A stretch of DNA of 63,922 nucleotides, the filler included, from Sphaeroforma arctica JP610 (lineage: Eukaryota), in NCBI RefSeq assembly GCF_001186125.1. It is 10 parts of 3 records of this genome, joined end to end, with 100 filler letters (N's around TTAATTAATTAA, not from the genome) between each part and the next. Parts side by side here need not be neighbours in the genome. Positions count along the whole stretch, not along the records: positions 59,834 to 62,425 come from NW_014040540.1; positions 62,526 to 63,922 come from NW_014040539.1; 8 more parts are not named here. One strand, given 5' to 3'. Positions 60,433 to 63,922 of the stretch are shown piece by piece. The notes under the pieces are model-generated. The model saw only the letters and a program-made list of their open reading frames with translations. It did no database searches and was not told the DNA's origin. The position numbers and the translations under genes were made by a program. Each line of letters starts with the position of its first letter. Within the stretch, counting starts at the first letter, position 1.

Positions 60433-62158
60433 TTCCCGTTAGATGTCAACACAGTGCTCACATACTTCGCCAAGTCGATCTTCTACGACGGGTCCTGTAC
60501 CAATGAGCAGTTCCGCATGCAGCTGAATCTGATGTTGCTGCCCTTTCCCTCGGCGCAAATAGTGTTCGACAGTGTCACGGTATCGGAGAAGTTCAACGTG
60601 AAAACGTTTCTGACCACCGAAGGCCTGGAGTACGATGTGGAGCAGAAGGCACCAAATCTGTACTTGATTCGCAAGCAAAAGAGGTGAGGCTGTGTTCACG
60701 GCCCACTCGGATGTGTGTTTTTCAATAGCGTTTGCAACGGATGAGTGACTTTTGGGACTGCTTTGCGTTTCATGCACATAAGTGTGTGTGTAGGTCTATA
60801 GCACCTGTAGCTACAAGCTAGTTAACGGACGGTACCAACCCATGCACCATTGCATCGAGACGATCACACGCACGCCGTCACAGTTTGTACACTCTCTGAA
60901 TCTGTATGATTTACACAGTTATGTGATATCTCGGGCTCAGGAACGGCTACTGTATTCATGCACAAAGGGCAAGATATACGATTTCCTGTGTACATAATTA
61001 TACACGTCTATTCGTATTATCATCGCTGAAATTCTCTCTCCTAATGTACATAAATATACACATGTTCAACAAGACATATTATAATCTATTCACTCAAATG
61101 TTTCCTTTCTTCGTACATAGTTATACGCATACCTAGCAAGATATTCAACCATCTCTACACTGAATTACAGAGCGGTACGACCAAACGGGACCACAGAAGC
61201 GCAAGCGCTGTCGTTGTACTACTGCATCGAGGGCAATATATACCCTGCCCCGGCCCTAAATTCAGTACTCAATTGCCGACTGTTGACCATCCAGTACCAT
61301 CTTCATGAGGCGCTATCGGACAGTAAGTTAGGATTATGTGCTTTTGGATTGTGGATATTACTAGAAAATGTACTAAGGGAATATAATACTAGATTTTTTG
61401 GCTGTATTCGGATCAAAAGCTGGTAGGATTGTGTGTTTTTGGATTGATTTAGAATTGGTGAGGAATGTGCAATGGGAATGTAATTAAAAATATATTTGTT
61501 TTTTATTATTTGCAAACACTAAGGCCTACGATAGTAAGTTTTATTTATCACTGATATTATTGTGTGTTTTCAGATTGATTTCATATTGGTAGGAAATATA
61601 CTATGTGAATATAATTTTACAAGCATGTTTGTAGGTAGTTGCAGATGCTGTGTCGAATGACAACTAGTTATATTAACAGCTGTTATACGTACACGTCATA
61701 CTCAGTGTATGCATGCATATATTTAATAGCACTCAATCTGTGTATATACCTATAGCTTCTCTCAACCAATGTGTTTGAGGTTATACTGAAAACCAACGGT
61801 GCAACGCTATGAACCTTTTGATCTCACCTGGTTGACTCGCTCACCCCTCTATCACCCAACACGGTCATTCATATTACAATTAGTGAACCATGGCACTATA
61901 ACATCTCCCAATGTTTACACATACGTTTCCGCTCCATATCAGTTTTACGCTACAAGCCTGTCGAGGGAAACACACACACAGTTCGGTGCCTTTATAGTGT
62001 CTATACCCAAGTGCAATACAAACATTTTTGTTTTATATATTTTATTTTAGGCCAACAGCTACGCCGATTCCACCCTAGCGCAGGGTATACGTGGGCGGAA
62101 GAAGTCGGCGACGATGATGATGACGACGACATGGCACTACCACTAGAGCATGTGGATG
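60433..62158 (+). CDS. MED6: Mediator of RNA polymerase II transcription subunit 6, internal exons
   Basis: Exons 60433-60683 (LDVNTVLTYFAKSIFYDGSCTNEQFRMQ...GLEY...PNLYLIRKQKR), 61171-61322 (YYCIEGNIYPAPALNSVLNCRLL) and 62051-62158 (RFHPSAGYTW) join in phase. Confidence 0.93.
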
Positions 62159-62425
62159 GTATGTTATGTACACAACACTATTATACAGGGTGCGTATTTA
62201 CATGCCAAATAGCCATGTGTCTGCGTCCATCTATCAGGCAAACATATGTGTATTGATGTATCGGAAGATCTGTGTGCATATATATGCATACACATATAGA
62301 TATATATATAGTTTGCAACCACTATACTATATATATATAAATATATACAATAAGTATATAAATACATATATATAAGTATGTATATATATATATATATGTA
62401 TATATATATGTAAGTATATATATAT

Positions 62426-62525
62426 NNNNNNNNNNNNNNNNNNNNNNNNNNNNNNNNNNNNNNNNNNNNTTAATTAATTAANNNNNNNNNNNNNNNNNNN
62501 NNNNNNNNNNNNNNNNNNNNNNNNN
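62426..62525. other. Artificial scaffold spacer
   Basis: Same N/TTAATTAATTAA/N block. Confidence 0.97.
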
Positions 62526-62643
62526 TCAATTTTACGTGCACTGCGTTCATTCGTTTTTCCAGAAAGACATTCATAAACAAACTGTCACACCCAACCACAT
62601 ATCTGCATATAGCCACATTGAATTGCCTATCTTTACCCCTCAC

Positions 62644-63197
62644 CTTGTCCCCAGAGTATATGAAGTCCATGGACGTGTCGTTGGGGTGGTTGTGGCTCAC
62701 ATGCGACAGGACAAACCAGAAGCTCATTTCGGACCGGACCTCTTTATTCCAGGACACCTTGATGGGTTGACGATCGAAACAGCCGTGTTTAACTTCGGGG
62801 GGGTTTTTTTGGACAGTGCTGATGTTTGTACTTTGTGAGTGGTTTACGATACATGGTCTCTGATAGCCGCCTACAGTATTTGTCTTCACCACTAAATCCT
62901 AAACCCGAGTCAGAACTTACGCTATCGGTACTGCCAGTGGTGACTATATATGTTACGTTTGAGCGTTTATCTTCAGCCGAATGTGTGAGGTACAGACTAC
63001 CTACTGGTGGCTAGAAGGTACAATACAGTACATTGCATTGCAAAACACTGTGTGACCAACAACCTTCAGCTAGAGTTTGATGTGGCATCCTTATACATAT
63101 TCGCAAACATTCAGCATACATATACGTATACATATACATATACTTCTAAATATACATACACATCTACATATATATGTACATATGCATATACATATAT

Positions 63198-63283
<86 letters not shown>

Positions 63284-63298
63284 CATATATATACATAC

Positions 63299-63338
<40 letters not shown>

Positions 63339-63398
63339 GTACATGTACATATACATATACAAATACATATACATATACATATACATATATATATACAA

Positions 63399-63435
<37 letters not shown>

Positions 63436-63868
63436 CACATATGCATATCTAAGTCCAATACTAAACGGATACACCCCGCGACACCCACCTGCTGCTGATG
63501 ACTGGTGTCTTCGCCTATGTAGCGATCGTTGTTCGACAGCATATACATACGGTACTCTTCCGATGGATCATTCTCAATACGTATATGCGTACCCGACGGA
63601 ATATTTGTACTATTACCCGGTTTTACCACGGTGTACAGCCCTTTCCGGAAGTCCTTCGACATGAAGCCGGAGCCCGGTCCGTTGACGGTGAGTAAACGTA
63701 AATGGTACGCGTAGAGTAGTACGTAAACCGCCAACGGCGTGACGATAAGGAAAAGCACCCGGTACAGAAAGTGTTTGCCAAACGTAGGCAATGATTGTGT
63801 GCGATCCGTGACCACGTTCCACAGTTGGTACAGTGTCTGCAGGCCGATTAGGGCGATGATGAATAGAC
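62644..63868 (-). CDS. Dolichyl-phosphate-mannose--protein O-mannosyltransferase (PMT/POMT family, GT39), two internal exons
   Basis: Exon 63489-63868 ([17 protein letters not shown]...[46 protein letters not shown]...HQQQ) and exon 62644-62757 ([16 protein letters not shown]...FIYSGDK). This is the end of the PMT membrane domain leading into MIR domains. Confidence 0.88.
63112..63445. repeat. (TACATA)n hexamer microsatellite in the PMT intron
   Basis: Directly visible. Confidence 0.95.
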
Positions 63869-63922
63869 CTGCACAGAGACGCGTACATATATATATATGG
63901 ATTAGAATTGTATATATATATA

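Overview
This is eukaryotic, intron-rich genomic DNA with GT-AG introns and microsatellite-rich introns. Ten contigs are joined by nine artificial 100-nt spacers (N-run/TTAATTAATTAA/N-run). The gene content suggests a unicellular opisthokont, probably a holozoan such as an ichthyosporean; this is an inference from the syntenin-like gene together with WD40-type ATG16, GID4, LAMTOR3 and PMT/POMT. Genes reconstructed by manual exon stitching: ATG16L-like (-, partial), ERp38/PDI-D-type protein disulfide isomerase (+, complete), an unidentified minus-strand gene, a large unidentified plus-strand gene, LIPT2/LipB (-, partial), GID4/Vid24 (-, partial), a possible MED9 (+, partial), a ~1814-aa tandem-duplicated, membrane-anchored, bacterial-chitobiase-type GH20 hexosaminidase (-), TFIIA-gamma (-), LAMTOR3 (+), an intronless syntenin-like tandem-PDZ gene (-), MED6 (+, partial) and a protein O-mannosyltransferase (-, partial). 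The most notable items are four. (1) The double-GH20 surface enzyme is a likely horizontal acquisition, and each of its three introns occurs in only one of the two internal copies. (2) The large unknown gene has a motif-dense core and may be related to giant-virus proteins, which is unverified. (3) A 76-bp satellite has a three-unit higher-order structure. (4) Micro-duplication 'stutter' DNA is concentrated upstream of genes. Most ORFs in the supplied track are spurious.
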